A stretch of DNA of 64,000 bases from assembly GCA_963667785.2 (NCBI GenBank), contig CAXXMU010000002.1:544001-608000 (forward strand). The letters run 5' to 3'. Shown in pieces: positions 54,400 through 64,000 of this stretch. How positions within the stretch are numbered: position 1 is the first letter of the stretch; each line of letters starts with the position of its first letter. The notes under the pieces were generated by a model, which saw nothing but the letters and a program-made list of their open reading frames with translations, did not search any database and was not told where the DNA came from. A program made the position numbers and the translations under genes. This stretch comes from Alphaproteobacteria bacterium (GTDB lineage: Bacteria; Pseudomonadota; Alphaproteobacteria; UBA828).

Positions 54400-54745
54400 A
54401 GCGCAATCCTATCTGTACGACATCCGACGTGCGGTGGAATTGCTGACGGACTTCACCGCCGGAAAGGCATTTCGGGACTACGAGCGCGACGCCATGCTGC
54501 GCGCTGCCGTGGAACGCCAGTTCGAGGTGATCGGAGAGGCCACGGCGAGACTGGCGCGAGTCGACCGGGCTCTTGCCGAACGCATCAGCGAATTCCGGCG
54601 TATCGTTGCCTTCCGCAATATCCTCATTCATGGCTACGCCGATGTGGATGATCGTCTGGTGTGGGACGTGGTCGAATCCAAGCTCCCGTTGCTGCGACGC
54701 GATGTCGACGCGTTATTGAGGGAGGCGGGGGACGAGCAGCCCTGA
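54389..54745 (+). CDS. HEPN (DUF86) ribonuclease toxin
   Basis: YLYDI..AVERQFEVIGEA..FRNILIHGY (RxxxxHxY)..VWDVV; overlaps the MNT stop. Confidence 0.9.
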   Translation: MKPEAQSYLYDIRRAVELLTDFTAGKAFRDYERDAMLRAAVERQFEVIGEATARLARVDRALAERISEFRRIVAFRNILIHGYADVDDRLVWDVVESKLPLLRRDVDALLREAGDEQP

Positions 54746-54812
54746 CGGGTCTGGTCCATAGGCACACGCGGGCCTCCCGTTTCCGCCCGTTGACATCCCG
54801 GCAATATTCCTG

Positions 54813-54841
54813 TTGAAAGCGGACCGGTTTCGTCCTATATG
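54813..54841 (+). promoter_or_regulatory. Putative sigma70 promoter of the Rrf2-suf operon with an inverted repeat in the spacer
   Basis: TTGAAA-N17-TATATG; spacer contains GGAC-N7-GTCC; an extra TTGACA at 54790. Confidence 0.55.
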
Positions 54842-54891
54842 CCTGTCACGCCCGTGCGGAGAGGGGCGGGCGTAGCGAAGGGGGCAACAGC

Positions 54892-55362
54892 ATGATCCGC
54901 GTCAGCCGCATGGCCGACTACGGTGTCGTGGCCATGACCCAAGTCGCGCGCGAGCCGCGTGCGCGTCACACCGCGGCGAGCATCGCCGCGCGCACCGGCG
55001 TGCCCCAGCCGAGCGCGAGCAAGCTCCTGAAGCTGCTGGCGAAGGCCGGCATCCTGACCTCGCACCGCGGCGCCAAGGGCGGCTACACCCTGGCGCACGC
55101 GCCGGATCAGGTCTCGGTGGCCGCGCTGGTGGCCGCCGTGGACGGGCCGATCTCGCTCGCCGACTGCCTCGACGGCCCCTCCGGCATCTGCGAGCTGGAG
55201 AGCTTCTGCTCGGTGCGCGGGCCCTGGCAGAAGATCAGCGACGCGATCCGCGTGGCGCTGGAGGAGGTGACGCTGGCCGACATGGCTCAGGCGGCGGCGC
55301 CGAGCGGCGCCAGGCCGGTACCGGTCGAGAAGAGCGCCGGCGGACGGGAGCACGCATCATGA
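54892..55362 (+). CDS. Rrf2 family regulator of the SUF operon
   Basis: [33 protein letters not shown], three Cys ([15 protein letters not shown]). Confidence 0.9.
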   Translation: MIRVSRMADYGVVAMTQVAREPRARHTAASIAARTGVPQPSASKLLKLLAKAGILTSHRGAKGGYTLAHAPDQVSVAALVAAVDGPISLADCLDGPSGICELESFCSVRGPWQKISDAIRVALEEVTLADMAQAAAPSGARPVPVEKSAGGREHAS

Positions 55363-56822
55363 GCGCCCAGCACGACGCCGCGCAGGCCGTCGAATCCTAC
55401 GCCGGCGAGCGCTACAAGTACGGCTTCGTCACCGACGTAGAGGCCGACTCCGCGCCCCCCGGCCTGGACCACGACACGATCCGCTTCATCTCCGCGAAGA
55501 AGGGCGAGCCGGAATGGCTTCTTGCGTGGCGGATCAAGGCGTTCGAGCGCTGGCTTCAGATGGAGGACGAGGAGCCGACCTGGGCCAAGCTGCACTATCC
55601 GCCGATCGACTATCAAGACGCCTGCTACTACTCCGCGCCCAAGTCCGACGCTGACCGGCCGAAGAGCCTGGACGAGGTCGACCCGGAGCTTCTCAAGACC
55701 TACGAGAAGCTCGGCATCCCGCTCCAGGAGCAGGAGATGCTGGCCGGGGTCGCCGTCGATGCGGTGTTCGACAGCGTCTCGGTGGCGACCACCTTCAAGG
55801 ACAAGCTTGCCGAGATGGGCATCATCTTCTGCTCGATCTCGGAGGCGGTGAAGGAGCATCCCGCGCTGGTGCAGCGCTATCTCGGCTCGGTCGTGCCCTA
55901 TTCGGACAACTTCTTCGCGACGCTCAACTCGGCGGTCTTCACCGACGGCTCCTTCGTCTACGTGCCGAAGGGCGTGCGCTGCCCGATGGAGCTCTCCACC
56001 TACTTCCGCATCAACGCCGCCAACACGGGCCAGTTCGAGCGCACCCTCATCATCGCCGACGAGGGCTCCTACGTGAGCTACCTGGAAGGGTGCACCGCGC
56101 CGATGCGGGACGAGAACCAGCTCCATGCGGCGGTGGTCGAGCTGGTGGCGCTGGACGACGCCGAGATCAAGTACTCCACGGTGCAGAACTGGTATCCGGG
56201 CGATGCCGAGGGCAGGGGCGGGATCTACAACTTCGTCACCAAGCGCGGCGCCTGCCGCGGCGCCAACGCCAAGATCTCGTGGACCCAGGTGGAGACCGGC
56301 TCCGCGATCACCTGGAAGTACCCGAGCTGCATCCTGCAGGGCGACAACTCGGTCGGCGAGTTCTACTCCATCGCCATCACCAACAACCGCCAGCAGGCGG
56401 ACACCGGCACCAAGATGATCCACATCGGCCGCAACACGCGGAGCCGCATCGTCTCCAAGGGCATCGCGGCCGGGCGCTCGGACAGCACCTATCGCGGCCT
56501 CGTCCGCGTCCAGCCGAAGGCCGAGGGCGCGCGCAACCACACCCAGTGCGATTCGCTCCTGATCGGCGGCACCTGCGGCGCCCACACCGTGCCCTACATC
56601 GAATCCCGCAATCCCACGGCACGGGTGGAGCACGAGGCGACGACCTCGAAGATCAGCGAGGACCAGCTCTTCTACTGCCGCCAGCGCGGCATCGAGGAGG
56701 AGGACGCCGTGGCACTCATCGTCAACGGCTTCTGCCGCGAGGTGCTGCAGGAGCTGCCGATGGAGTTCGCCGTCGAGGCGCAGAAACTGGTGGCGATCAG
56801 CCTCGAAGGCAGCGTCGGCTAG
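55359..56822 (+). CDS. sufB: Fe-S cluster assembly protein SufB
   Basis: [61 protein letters not shown]. Confidence 0.97.
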   Translation: MSAQHDAAQAVESYAGERYKYGFVTDVEADSAPPGLDHDTIRFISAKKGEPEWLLAWRIKAFERWLQMEDEEPTWAKLHYPPIDYQDACYYSAPKSDADRPKSLDEVDPELLKTYEKLGIPLQEQEMLAGVAVDAVFDSVSVATTFKDKLAEMGIIFCSISEAVKEHPALVQRYLGSVVPYSDNFFATLNSAVFTDGSFVYVPKGVRCPMELSTYFRINAANTGQFERTLIIADEGSYVSYLEGCTAPMRDENQLHAAVVELVALDDAEIKYSTVQNWYPGDAEGRGGIYNFVTKRGACRGANAKISWTQVETGSAITWKYPSCILQGDNSVGEFYSIAITNNRQQADTGTKMIHIGRNTRSRIVSKGIAAGRSDSTYRGLVRVQPKAEGARNHTQCDSLLIGGTCGAHTVPYIESRNPTARVEHEATTSKISEDQLFYCRQRGIEEEDAVALIVNGFCREVLQELPMEFAVEAQKLVAISLEGSVG

Positions 56823-56863
56823 GACGGCATCGGATACCGGCTTCCAACCCCATTCTGAAGGCA

Positions 56864-57634
56864 ATGTCTGAACTCATGCTGACGATAGAGAACCTGCACG
56901 CGACCGTGGACGGCAAGCCGATCCTGAACGGCCTCGATCTCGCGGTGAACGCGGGCGAGGTCCATGCGGTCATGGGGCCCAACGGCTCCGGCAAGAGCAC
57001 CCTCGCCTACGTGATCGCGGGCCGCGAGGGCTACGAGGTGACCGCAGGCTCGGTCACCTACCGGGGCGCCGACCTGCTCGCCATGAGCATCGAGGAGCGC
57101 GCGCTCTCCGGCGTCTTCCTCGCCTTCCAGTATCCGGTGGAGATTCCCGGCGTCGGCAGCGCCACCTTCCTGAAGACCGCGGTCAACGCGGTCCGCAAGC
57201 ATCGCGGCGAGAAGGAATACGACGCGATGGAGTTCCTCAAGCTGGTGAAGGAGAAGCGCACCGCGCTCGGCATCGACGACGGCATGATGCGCCGTGCGCT
57301 CAACGTGGGTTTCTCCGGCGGCGAGAAGAAGCGCAACGAGATGCTGCAGATGGCGTTGCTGGAGCCCGCGCTCGCGGTCCTCGACGAGACCGATTCGGGC
57401 CTCGACATCGACGCGCTGAAGGTGGTCGCGAGCGGCATCAACGCGCTGCGCGGGCCGGAGCGGTCGATGCTGGTCATCACTCATTACCAGCGGCTCCTCG
57501 ATCACGTCGTGCCGGACCGCGTGCACGTGCTCGCCGGCGGGCGCATCGTCCGCTCCGGCGGGCGCGAGCTGGCGCTGGAGCTCGAGAAGAGCGGCTATGC
57601 CGGCCTCGGCCTCGAGCCGAGCGCGGCGGCCTGA
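56864..57634 (+). CDS. sufC: Fe-S cluster assembly ATPase SufC
   Basis: GPNGSGKSTL, FLAFQYPVEIPG, GFSGGEKKRNE, LDETDSGLDIDAL, ITHYQRLL. Confidence 0.96.
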   Translation: MSELMLTIENLHATVDGKPILNGLDLAVNAGEVHAVMGPNGSGKSTLAYVIAGREGYEVTAGSVTYRGADLLAMSIEERALSGVFLAFQYPVEIPGVGSATFLKTAVNAVRKHRGEKEYDAMEFLKLVKEKRTALGIDDGMMRRALNVGFSGGEKKRNEMLQMALLEPALAVLDETDSGLDIDALKVVASGINALRGPERSMLVITHYQRLLDHVVPDRVHVLAGGRIVRSGGRELALELEKSGYAGLGLEPSAAA

Positions 57635-57650
57635 ACGGCGGCGGCACGCC

Positions 57651-58970
57651 ATGCCCGGCCCGCGCACCATTCCCTTCGACTATCCGGCGCCCGGCGCCGG
57701 GCCGGCGGTGGCGCTGCCGGGCGCAGGTACCCCATGGCTCGATGCGCTGCGCGCGGACGCCCGCGGCCTGAGCGCGAACGGGCTGCCCGGCACCCGCATG
57801 GAGGCGTGGAAGTACACCAGCCTCGCCCCGCTCGCGGAACTGGATTTTTCGCCGCCGCCGGCGCACGAGGCAGAGGCGTCCGAATCTGCGGATCCCTTCG
57901 ACGCGGTGGCGGGCCCCCTGGCGGTCTTCGTCAACGGCCGCTTCTCTGCGGCCCGCTCGCGCCTCGACGGCTTGCCTGCGGGCCTGCGCGTGACCGGGTT
58001 GGCTCAGGCGCTGGCCGACGACCCGGCTGCGATGGAGGGACTGATCGGCGACGCCGCGACGCTGAACGGAGAGCCGCTCGCCGCCTTCAACGCGGCCTTC
58101 GCGGCGGACGGCTGCATCATCGAGGCTGCAGAGGGGGTAGAGATCGAGGAGCCGCTCCGGCTCCGCTTCACGGCCGCGCCCGGCGCTGCGCCGCTGGCTT
58201 GGCATCCGCGCGTCGTCGTGCGCCTCGGCGCAGGCAGCCGGCTCACGCTGGTCGAGTGCCACGACGGGCCGGCGGGCACGGCAACCTGGTCCAACCCGCT
58301 CGCGGACATCGCGCTCGGCAGGGACGCGACGCTTCGCCACGTCAAGCTGCAGGTCGAGGGTCCGGACGCCTACCACACGGCGCTGACGAGGACGGCGCTC
58401 GCCGACGGCGCGCGCTACGAGAGCCACCTGCTGGCGCTCGGCGCGCGGCTCGCACGCCACGAGATCCACGTCCGGCTTGAGGGCGAGGGCGCCGCCTGCC
58501 GGCTCGGCGGCGGCTACATGGCGCGTGGCAGCCAGCACGTGGACAACACCACGGTGATCGACCACGCCGTGCCCCACTGCGAGAGCCGCGAGGTCTACAA
58601 GGGCGTGCTCGACGATACGGCGCGCGGAGTCTTCCAGGGCAAGATCATCGTCCGCAAGGACGCGCAGAAGACCGACGGCCACCAGCTCAACCGCACCCTG
58701 CTGCTCTCGCGCAGGGCCGAGATCGACACCAAGCCGGAGCTCGAGATCTACGCCGACGACGTGAAGTGCAGCCACGGCGCGACCGCCGGCGAGCCCGAAG
58801 CGGAGCAGCTCTTCTACCTGCGCTCGCGCGGCCTCGATCACAGGACCGCGCTGGCGCTGATCGTCGAGGGCTTCATGTACGACATGCTGGAAGAGGTGCC
58901 GCATGAGGGCGTCCGGGCGGCGCTGATCGAGCGCGTCGCCGCCTGGATCGGCGGGGGAGGACGCCCGTGA
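57651..58970 (+). CDS. sufD: Fe-S cluster assembly protein SufD
   Basis: EAWKYT, GVFQGKIIV..AQKTDG, KPELEIYADDVKCSHGAT, LFYLRSRG. Confidence 0.95.
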   Translation: MPGPRTIPFDYPAPGAGPAVALPGAGTPWLDALRADARGLSANGLPGTRMEAWKYTSLAPLAELDFSPPPAHEAEASESADPFDAVAGPLAVFVNGRFSAARSRLDGLPAGLRVTGLAQALADDPAAMEGLIGDAATLNGEPLAAFNAAFAADGCIIEAAEGVEIEEPLRLRFTAAPGAAPLAWHPRVVVRLGAGSRLTLVECHDGPAGTATWSNPLADIALGRDATLRHVKLQVEGPDAYHTALTRTALADGARYESHLLALGARLARHEIHVRLEGEGAACRLGGGYMARGSQHVDNTTVIDHAVPHCESREVYKGVLDDTARGVFQGKIIVRKDAQKTDGHQLNRTLLLSRRAEIDTKPELEIYADDVKCSHGATAGEPEAEQLFYLRSRGLDHRTALALIVEGFMYDMLEEVPHEGVRAALIERVAAWIGGGGRP

Positions 58971-60235
58971 ACACCGCTCCCGCCCGCCGCGTCGACCGGC
59001 CCTCGGCCGCTGCCGTCCCGTTCGACGTGGACCGCGTGCGCGCCGACTTCCCCATCCTCTCGCGCCCCGTCCACGGCAAGCCGCTCGCCTTCCTCGACAG
59101 CGGCGCGAGCGCGCAGAAGCCGCGCCAGGTCATCGACGCCATCGCGCGCTGCTACGAGGCCGAGTACGCCAACATCCATCGCGGCGTCTACGAGCTGAGC
59201 GCGAAGGCGACCGAGGCCTACGAGGGTGCCCGGGCGCGCGTGCAGCGCTTCGTCAATGCGCGCTCGACCGGCGAAATCGTCTTCACCAAGGGGGCGACGG
59301 AGGCGATCAACCTGGTGGCCACAAGCTGGGGCGGCACCTTCCTGAAGGAAGGCGACGAGGTCGTGCTCTCGGTGCTGGAGCACCACGCCAACATCGTGCC
59401 CTGGCAGCTCCTGCGCGAACGCACCGGCATCGAGCTGAAGGTGGTGCCGGTGGACGACAGCGGCGCCTTCCGGCTCGACGTCTACGAGGCGCTCGTGGGG
59501 CCGCGCACCCGACTGGTGGCGCTCACCCACGTCTCGAACGTGCTGGGCACCGTGCTTCCGGTCGCCGAGATCGTGCGCATCGCCCATGCCCACGACGCCC
59601 GCGTGCTGCTGGACGGTGCCCAGGGCATCGTCCACCGCCCCGTCGACGTGCAGGCCATGGACGTGGATTTCTACTGCTTCTCCGGCCACAAGCTCTACGG
59701 GCCGGGCGGCATCGGCGTGCTCTACGGCAAGGAGGCGCTGCTCGCCGCCATGCCGCCCTACCAGGGCGGCGGCGACATGATCGAGCGCGTCACCTTCGAG
59801 CGGACGACCTTCGCCCCACCGCCCGCCCGCTTCGAGGCCGGCACGCCGCCCATCGCCGCCGCTGTCGGCCTCCATGCCGCGCTCGATTACCTTGCCGCGC
59901 TCGATGCCGCTGCCGTCGCCGCCCACGAGCACGACCTGCTGGCCTACGCGACCGAGCGGCTCCGTGCCTTCAACGACGTCAGGCTCTACGGCACCGCGCC
60001 GGAGAAGGCCGCCATCGTCTCCTTCACCATGGACGGCGTGCATCCCCACGACGTGGGCACGATCCTGGATCGCGCCGGCGTCGCGGTGCGGGTCGGCCAT
60101 CACTGCGCGCAGCCGCTGATGGACCGCTTCGGCATCGCCGGCACCGTGCGGGCCTCCTTCGGCTTCTACAACACGCGCGAAGACATCGACCGCCTGATCG
60201 GCGGCCTCGACGAGGTGCGGGAGCTATTCGGCTGA
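58967..60235 (+). CDS. sufS: Cysteine desulfurase SufS
   Basis: FLDSGASAQKP, ANIHRG, EHHANIVPWQ, FSGHKLYGP, FEAGTPP, RVGHHCAQP. Confidence 0.95.
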   Translation: MNTAPARRVDRPSAAAVPFDVDRVRADFPILSRPVHGKPLAFLDSGASAQKPRQVIDAIARCYEAEYANIHRGVYELSAKATEAYEGARARVQRFVNARSTGEIVFTKGATEAINLVATSWGGTFLKEGDEVVLSVLEHHANIVPWQLLRERTGIELKVVPVDDSGAFRLDVYEALVGPRTRLVALTHVSNVLGTVLPVAEIVRIAHAHDARVLLDGAQGIVHRPVDVQAMDVDFYCFSGHKLYGPGGIGVLYGKEALLAAMPPYQGGGDMIERVTFERTTFAPPPARFEAGTPPIAAAVGLHAALDYLAALDAAAVAAHEHDLLAYATERLRAFNDVRLYGTAPEKAAIVSFTMDGVHPHDVGTILDRAGVAVRVGHHCAQPLMDRFGIAGTVRASFGFYNTREDIDRLIGGLDEVRELFG

Positions 60236-60696
60236 TGTCCGAACTGCGCGAGCTCTATCAGGAGGTGATCCTCGATCACGGCAAGTCGCCGCGCAATTTC
60301 GGCAAGCCCGAAGCGGTGACCGGCGAATCCCACGGCCACAACCCGCTCTGCGGCGATACGGTGACCATCTACCTCACGGTGGCCGACGGCGTGGTCGCCG
60401 ACATCGGCTTCGAGGGGCGGGGCTGCGCCATCTCGATGGCGTCCGCCTCCATGATGACGGAGATGCTGCGCGGCAAGTCGCTGGACGAAGTGCAGACGAT
60501 GTTCACCCAGTTTCACGCCCTGGTGGCGCCGTCCGAGCCCGCCTGCGAAGCCGACTTCGAGGCGCCGGACCTGGACAAGCTGATCGTGCTCGCCGGCGTG
60601 CGGGAGTTCCCGATGCGGGTCAAGTGTGCGACGCTCCCCTGGCACACGATGAAGGCGGCGCTCGACGGCGGAAGCGAGGAGATCACCACGGAATGA
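60235..60696 (+). CDS. sufU: SUF system sulfur-transfer/scaffold protein SufU
   Basis: LYQEVILDH..PRN, NPLCGD, GCAISMASAS, FPMRVKCATLPWH. Confidence 0.92.
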   Translation: MSELRELYQEVILDHGKSPRNFGKPEAVTGESHGHNPLCGDTVTIYLTVADGVVADIGFEGRGCAISMASASMMTEMLRGKSLDEVQTMFTQFHALVAPSEPACEADFEAPDLDKLIVLAGVREFPMRVKCATLPWHTMKAALDGGSEEITTE

Positions 60697-61247
60697 TGAA
60701 CCTGTTTCGCAGGATGCGCCGGGCCGAGGAGCCGCCGGAGGCCCCCGCGGCGGCAGAAGCGACGCCTGCCGAGGCGGTAACTCCCCCGCCGGCGCCCGCG
60801 CCGCCCGGCTACGAGGCGTGGTCTCCGTCCGGCGGCGTCGATCCCATGGGTCCGCCCGGCGGGGAGCTCGCGCCACAGCTCGTCGAGGCTGCGCCCGAGG
60901 CGGCCGACACCCTGCCGCCGCCGCCCGGCGTAGACCCGGAACACCCGCTCTCGGGTCAGATCGCGCGGGCGCTCAGCTCGGTCTACGACCCGGAGATTCC
61001 GGTGGACATCTACCAGCTCGGGCTCGTCTACGACGTGAGCCTGAACGAGGCCAACGACGCCCGCATCTGCATGACGCTGACGACGCCCGGCTGCCCCGTC
61101 GCCGGCAGCATGCCCGGCATGGTCGAGCACGCGGTGGCGACCATGGTGGAGGGGATCGGCGATGTCGAGGTGGAGCTGGTGTGGGACCCGCCCTGGACGC
61201 CCGACATGATGTCGGAGGCGGCCCAGCTTGAGCTCGGCTTCATGTAG
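60693..61247 (+). CDS. DUF59/SufT-like Fe-S assembly protein
   Basis: VYDPEIPVDIYQLGLVY, MTLTTPGCPVAGSMP, LVWDPPWTPDMMSEAA; Pro/Ala-rich N-terminal extension. Confidence 0.9.
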   Translation: MMNLFRRMRRAEEPPEAPAAAEATPAEAVTPPPAPAPPGYEAWSPSGGVDPMGPPGGELAPQLVEAAPEAADTLPPPPGVDPEHPLSGQIARALSSVYDPEIPVDIYQLGLVYDVSLNEANDARICMTLTTPGCPVAGSMPGMVEHAVATMVEGIGDVEVELVWDPPWTPDMMSEAAQLELGFM

Positions 61248-61272
61248 CCCGCGGAGGCGCCCGGACACTCCG

Positions 61273-61617
61273 ATGAACGACATTCTCAGCATCACCGAAC
61301 GCGCCGCCGAGCGCATCCGCCACCTGATGGCGCTTAGGCCCGAGGATGCGGCGCCCGCGCACGGCATCAGGATCGGAGTCAGGAACGCCGGCTGCTCCGG
61401 CATGTCCTACACCATGGACTACGCGGAGGAGGTTCCGCCCGGCGCCGAGGTGATCTCCCAGCAGGGCGTCACGGTGGTGGTGGACCCGGCGGCGGTGATG
61501 TTCCTGATCGGCACCGAGCTCGACTTCAACGAGGAGAGGCTCAGCGCCACCTTCGTCTTCAACAACCCCAACGTCACCAGCACCTGCGGCTGCGGCGAGA
61601 GCTTCGCCGTCAACTGA
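61273..61617 (+). CDS. sufA: A-type Fe-S carrier SufA/IscA (HesB family)
   Basis: GCSGMSY, FNNPN, CGCGESF. Confidence 0.92.
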   Translation: MNDILSITERAAERIRHLMALRPEDAAPAHGIRIGVRNAGCSGMSYTMDYAEEVPPGAEVISQQGVTVVVDPAAVMFLIGTELDFNEERLSATFVFNNPNVTSTCGCGESFAVN

Positions 61618-61646
61618 GGCGCCCGAACCATCTTTCATCTTTAAGA

Positions 61647-61723
61647 TGGTCGGGGTGGCCGGATTTGAACCGGCGACCTCCTGCTCCCAAAGCAGATGCG
61701 CTACCTGGCTGCGCCACACCCCG
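61647..61723 (-). tRNA. tRNA-Pro (TGG)
   Basis: CGGGGTGTGGCGCAGCCAGGTAGCGCATCTGCTTTGGGAGCAGGAGGTCGCCGGTTCAAATCCGGCCACCCCGACCA, 77 nt cloverleaf with encoded CCA. Confidence 0.96.
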
Positions 61724-61792
61724 TATCGCCGCGCCTCGTCAGCGGACTCATAGGAGCCCGGGAGCCCGGCCGCAAGCGCCGCGCGGGCGTCG

Positions 61793-62581
61793 TCAGCTCC
61801 CGCCGCGACCGCCGTCCCGCTCGCCTCCCGCCTCTCCGGCGGCGGAGGCGTCCCCGGTTTCGGGGTCGGACCCGGTCGGGGCTCCCGCCCTGCGCTCCGG
61901 CGGGCTGACGATGCCGCCTGAGATCACCAGCTTCACGCCCTCCTCGACGGTCATGTCGAGCGGGATGACGTCCTTGCGCGGCACGAAGAGGAGGAAGCCC
62001 GAGGTGGGGTTGGGCGTGGTCGGCAGGAACACGTTGACCATCTCGTCCTGCATGACCCGCTGCACCTCGCCCTTGGTCGGGCTGGTGACGAAGCCGATGA
62101 CCCAGATGCCGCGGCGCGGATACTCGATCAGCACGACCTCGCGGAAGGCGTTGGCCGACTGCGCCAGCACGGCGTCGAAGATCTGCTTGAGCACGCCGTA
62201 GATCGTCCTCACCACGGGCACGCGCGAGACCAGGCGCTCGCCGAAGCGCACCAGGAAACGGCCGGCCACGTTGGCGAAGAGGGCGCCCACCAGCGTGACC
62301 AGGATCAGCACGATGACGATGCCGACGCCGGGCACGTTGGTCCCCAGGATGTCGGACGGGTTGTAGGCGTCGGGGATCAGGGGAACGACCGCGCGGTCGA
62401 ACAGGTCGACCACCAGCCAGAGCAGCCAGATGGTGATGCCGAGGGGCGCGGTGACGAGGACGCCGGTGAGGAAGTAGGTCCTGAGGCGCGCGATGAAGCC
62501 CCGCCTGCGCGGCGGCTGAATGAGACGGGGCGGCGCGTCGCCCGTGCCCCCGTCGTCCCTCTTCGCGTCGTCCTCGCTCAT
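61793..62581 (-). CDS. DUF502 family membrane protein
   Basis: RTYFLTGVLVTAPLGIT, PVVRTIYGVLKQI, LIEYPRRG, FLPTTPNPTSGFL. Confidence 0.9.
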   Translation of the reverse strand: MSEDDAKRDDGGTGDAPPRLIQPPRRRGFIARLRTYFLTGVLVTAPLGITIWLLWLVVDLFDRAVVPLIPDAYNPSDILGTNVPGVGIVIVLILVTLVGALFANVAGRFLVRFGERLVSRVPVVRTIYGVLKQIFDAVLAQSANAFREVVLIEYPRRGIWVIGFVTSPTKGEVQRVMQDEMVNVFLPTTPNPTSGFLLFVPRKDVIPLDMTVEEGVKLVISGGIVSPPERRAGAPTGSDPETGDASAAGEAGGERDGGRGGS

Positions 62582-62739
62582 GCCGGGGGCAGGCGCCCGC
62601 GGCCCGACCCTTCGGGGTGATCGACCGTTCTCGTCATGGCCCCGCGGTCCCGCTTGTGCCGCTTCCTGTGTACCCGCCGCACGCGGAAGCCGCCAGACTA
62701 TTCGTCATGCGCGCGCGCCGCGCGGGGGCGGGGGAGTCG

Positions 62740-63507
62740 CTACCCTGCGATCGACGTCCCGCCGTCGACGGCGAAGGTCTGGCCCGTAGTCCAGCGGGCG
62801 GCGTCGGAGGCGAGATAGACCGCGATGCCGGCAATGTCCTCGGGCTCGCCGAGCCGCCCGAGCGGGGTGCGGGCGATCCGCGCGGCGGCGCCTTCCTCGT
62901 TCTCCCAGAGCGCCCGCGCGAAGTCGGTTCGCACCAGGCCCGGCGCGATGGCGTTGACCCGGATGTTGTCCGGCCCCAGCTCGACGGCGAGATTGCGCAC
63001 GAGCTGAAGCTCCGCCGCCTTGGAGATGCAGTAGGCGCCGATGACGTCGGAGCCGAAGAGGCCGCCGATCGAGGAGAGGAAGACGATCGCGCCGTCCTTC
63101 CGCCGGCGCATCTCGTCCGCGACCATCTGCGCCAGCCACAGGTGCGACTGCACGTTGGTGGCCATGATCTTGGCGAAGGTCTCGTCCGGGATCGCCGTGG
63201 CCGGACCGTAGTGCGGGTTGATGCTGGCGCAGCCGACGAGGATGTCGATCCGCCCGCAGGCCCGGCGGCTCTCGTCGATCAGGCGCTGGACGTCGGCCCT
63301 GCGCCCCACGTTGCAGGCGATGCCGAGGACGTCGAGGCCCTCGTCCGCGAACTCCTGCCGTGCAGCCTCGACTCTGCCGTGGTCCCGGCTCGAGACGACG
63401 ACCCGGGCACCGTGCCGCGCGAGCGCGCGGGCGATCGCCTTGCCGATCCCCTTGGTCGAGCCGGTGACGACGGCGGCCTTGCCGGTGAGGTCGAAGAGGG
63501 GAGACAT
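62740..63507 (-). CDS. Classical SDR oxidoreductase (DHRS4-like)
   Basis: VVTGSTKGIG, NPHYG, YCISK, VNAIAPGLVRTDFARALW, VDGG. Confidence 0.92.
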   Translation of the reverse strand: MSPLFDLTGKAAVVTGSTKGIGKAIARALARHGARVVVSSRDHGRVEAARQEFADEGLDVLGIACNVGRRADVQRLIDESRRACGRIDILVGCASINPHYGPATAIPDETFAKIMATNVQSHLWLAQMVADEMRRRKDGAIVFLSSIGGLFGSDVIGAYCISKAAELQLVRNLAVELGPDNIRVNAIAPGLVRTDFARALWENEEGAAARIARTPLGRLGEPEDIAGIAVYLASDAARWTTGQTFAVDGGTSIAG

Positions 63508-63683
63508 GCCGGGCGCGAGGATGACCGCTCGCCGCCGGGCAGTCCAGACCGAAGGTTGGGCGCGCGGCGCGGTGCGGACCGGCCGCACGGAGAGGTGGCC
63601 CGGCTGAGGGCCCGGCGCTATAGTGCGCGCGGCCCGACGGCGGCGGCGCGCCGAGACGAAGCGCCGATACCGGGCGGGCCGGT

Positions 63684-63760
<77 letters not shown>

Positions 63761-64000
63761 TCGCCGCGCGCGGCGGCAGCGGAGGCCCCGCACGCGCTCC
63801 GCGAACTCCCGCGTGCCGAACGTAATTCCGGGCGGTCGCAGAAACCACCGATCTGTTGCCGAAACGGCAACCCAGCGCACGGAAAAGAGCAATTCCATCG
63901 GACGCGCTGCAAGGGCTACGGTCTGCCCGGAAGCGGACGATCGGGCGCGATTCGGGCTTGCGGCCGCCGCCGGACCGGGCGAAAGGCGCGAGGCGTTCCG

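Noticed and set aside
61627-61650. Hairpin ACCATCTT-N8-AAGATGGT between sufA and tRNA-Pro as a terminator
   Set aside because: Weak AT-rich stem, no U-tract, and one arm overlaps the tRNA CCA end; not enough support

Overview
High-GC (~70%) chromosomal window that looks alphaproteobacterial, based on the bamD-recN-ligA block, Methanosarcina-type serC-serA, DUF1285-Nudix-cca block and CGTC-tagged palindromic repeats. It is densely coding, with about 55 genes, two tRNA-Pro genes and no integrase, transposase, phage or CRISPR features. Housekeeping blocks (serC/serA/sdaA, rmuC, bamD-recN-ligA-lipB, cca, Rrf2-sufBCDSU(T)A) alternate with catabolic modules: two hydantoinase/oxoprolinase systems, an amidase, an omega-aminotransferase, a Tm-1-like gene pair, a Liv-type ABC transporter and a CUT1 ABC transporter coupled to acoABC. 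The most interesting items are: (i) a TetR-coupled exported redoxin / heme-c / PHM-type dicopper monooxygenase fusion with all copper ligands intact; (ii) a plug-less, His-rich outer-membrane barrel with a HADEMDD repeat loop behind a Zur-like box, followed by the metal-independent allantoinase PuuE; (iii) a STAS anti-anti-sigma factor next to a bacterial GOLPH3/GPP34 homologue; (iv) a probable lactam/amide catabolic region containing Tm-1 homologues; and (v) a Sel1 + peptidoglycan-binding gene in the usual lpxC position before bamD. ligA carries three +1 frameshifts and the amidase has one in-frame TAG; both may be sequence errors. All calls come from motif recognition by eye, and no searches were run.
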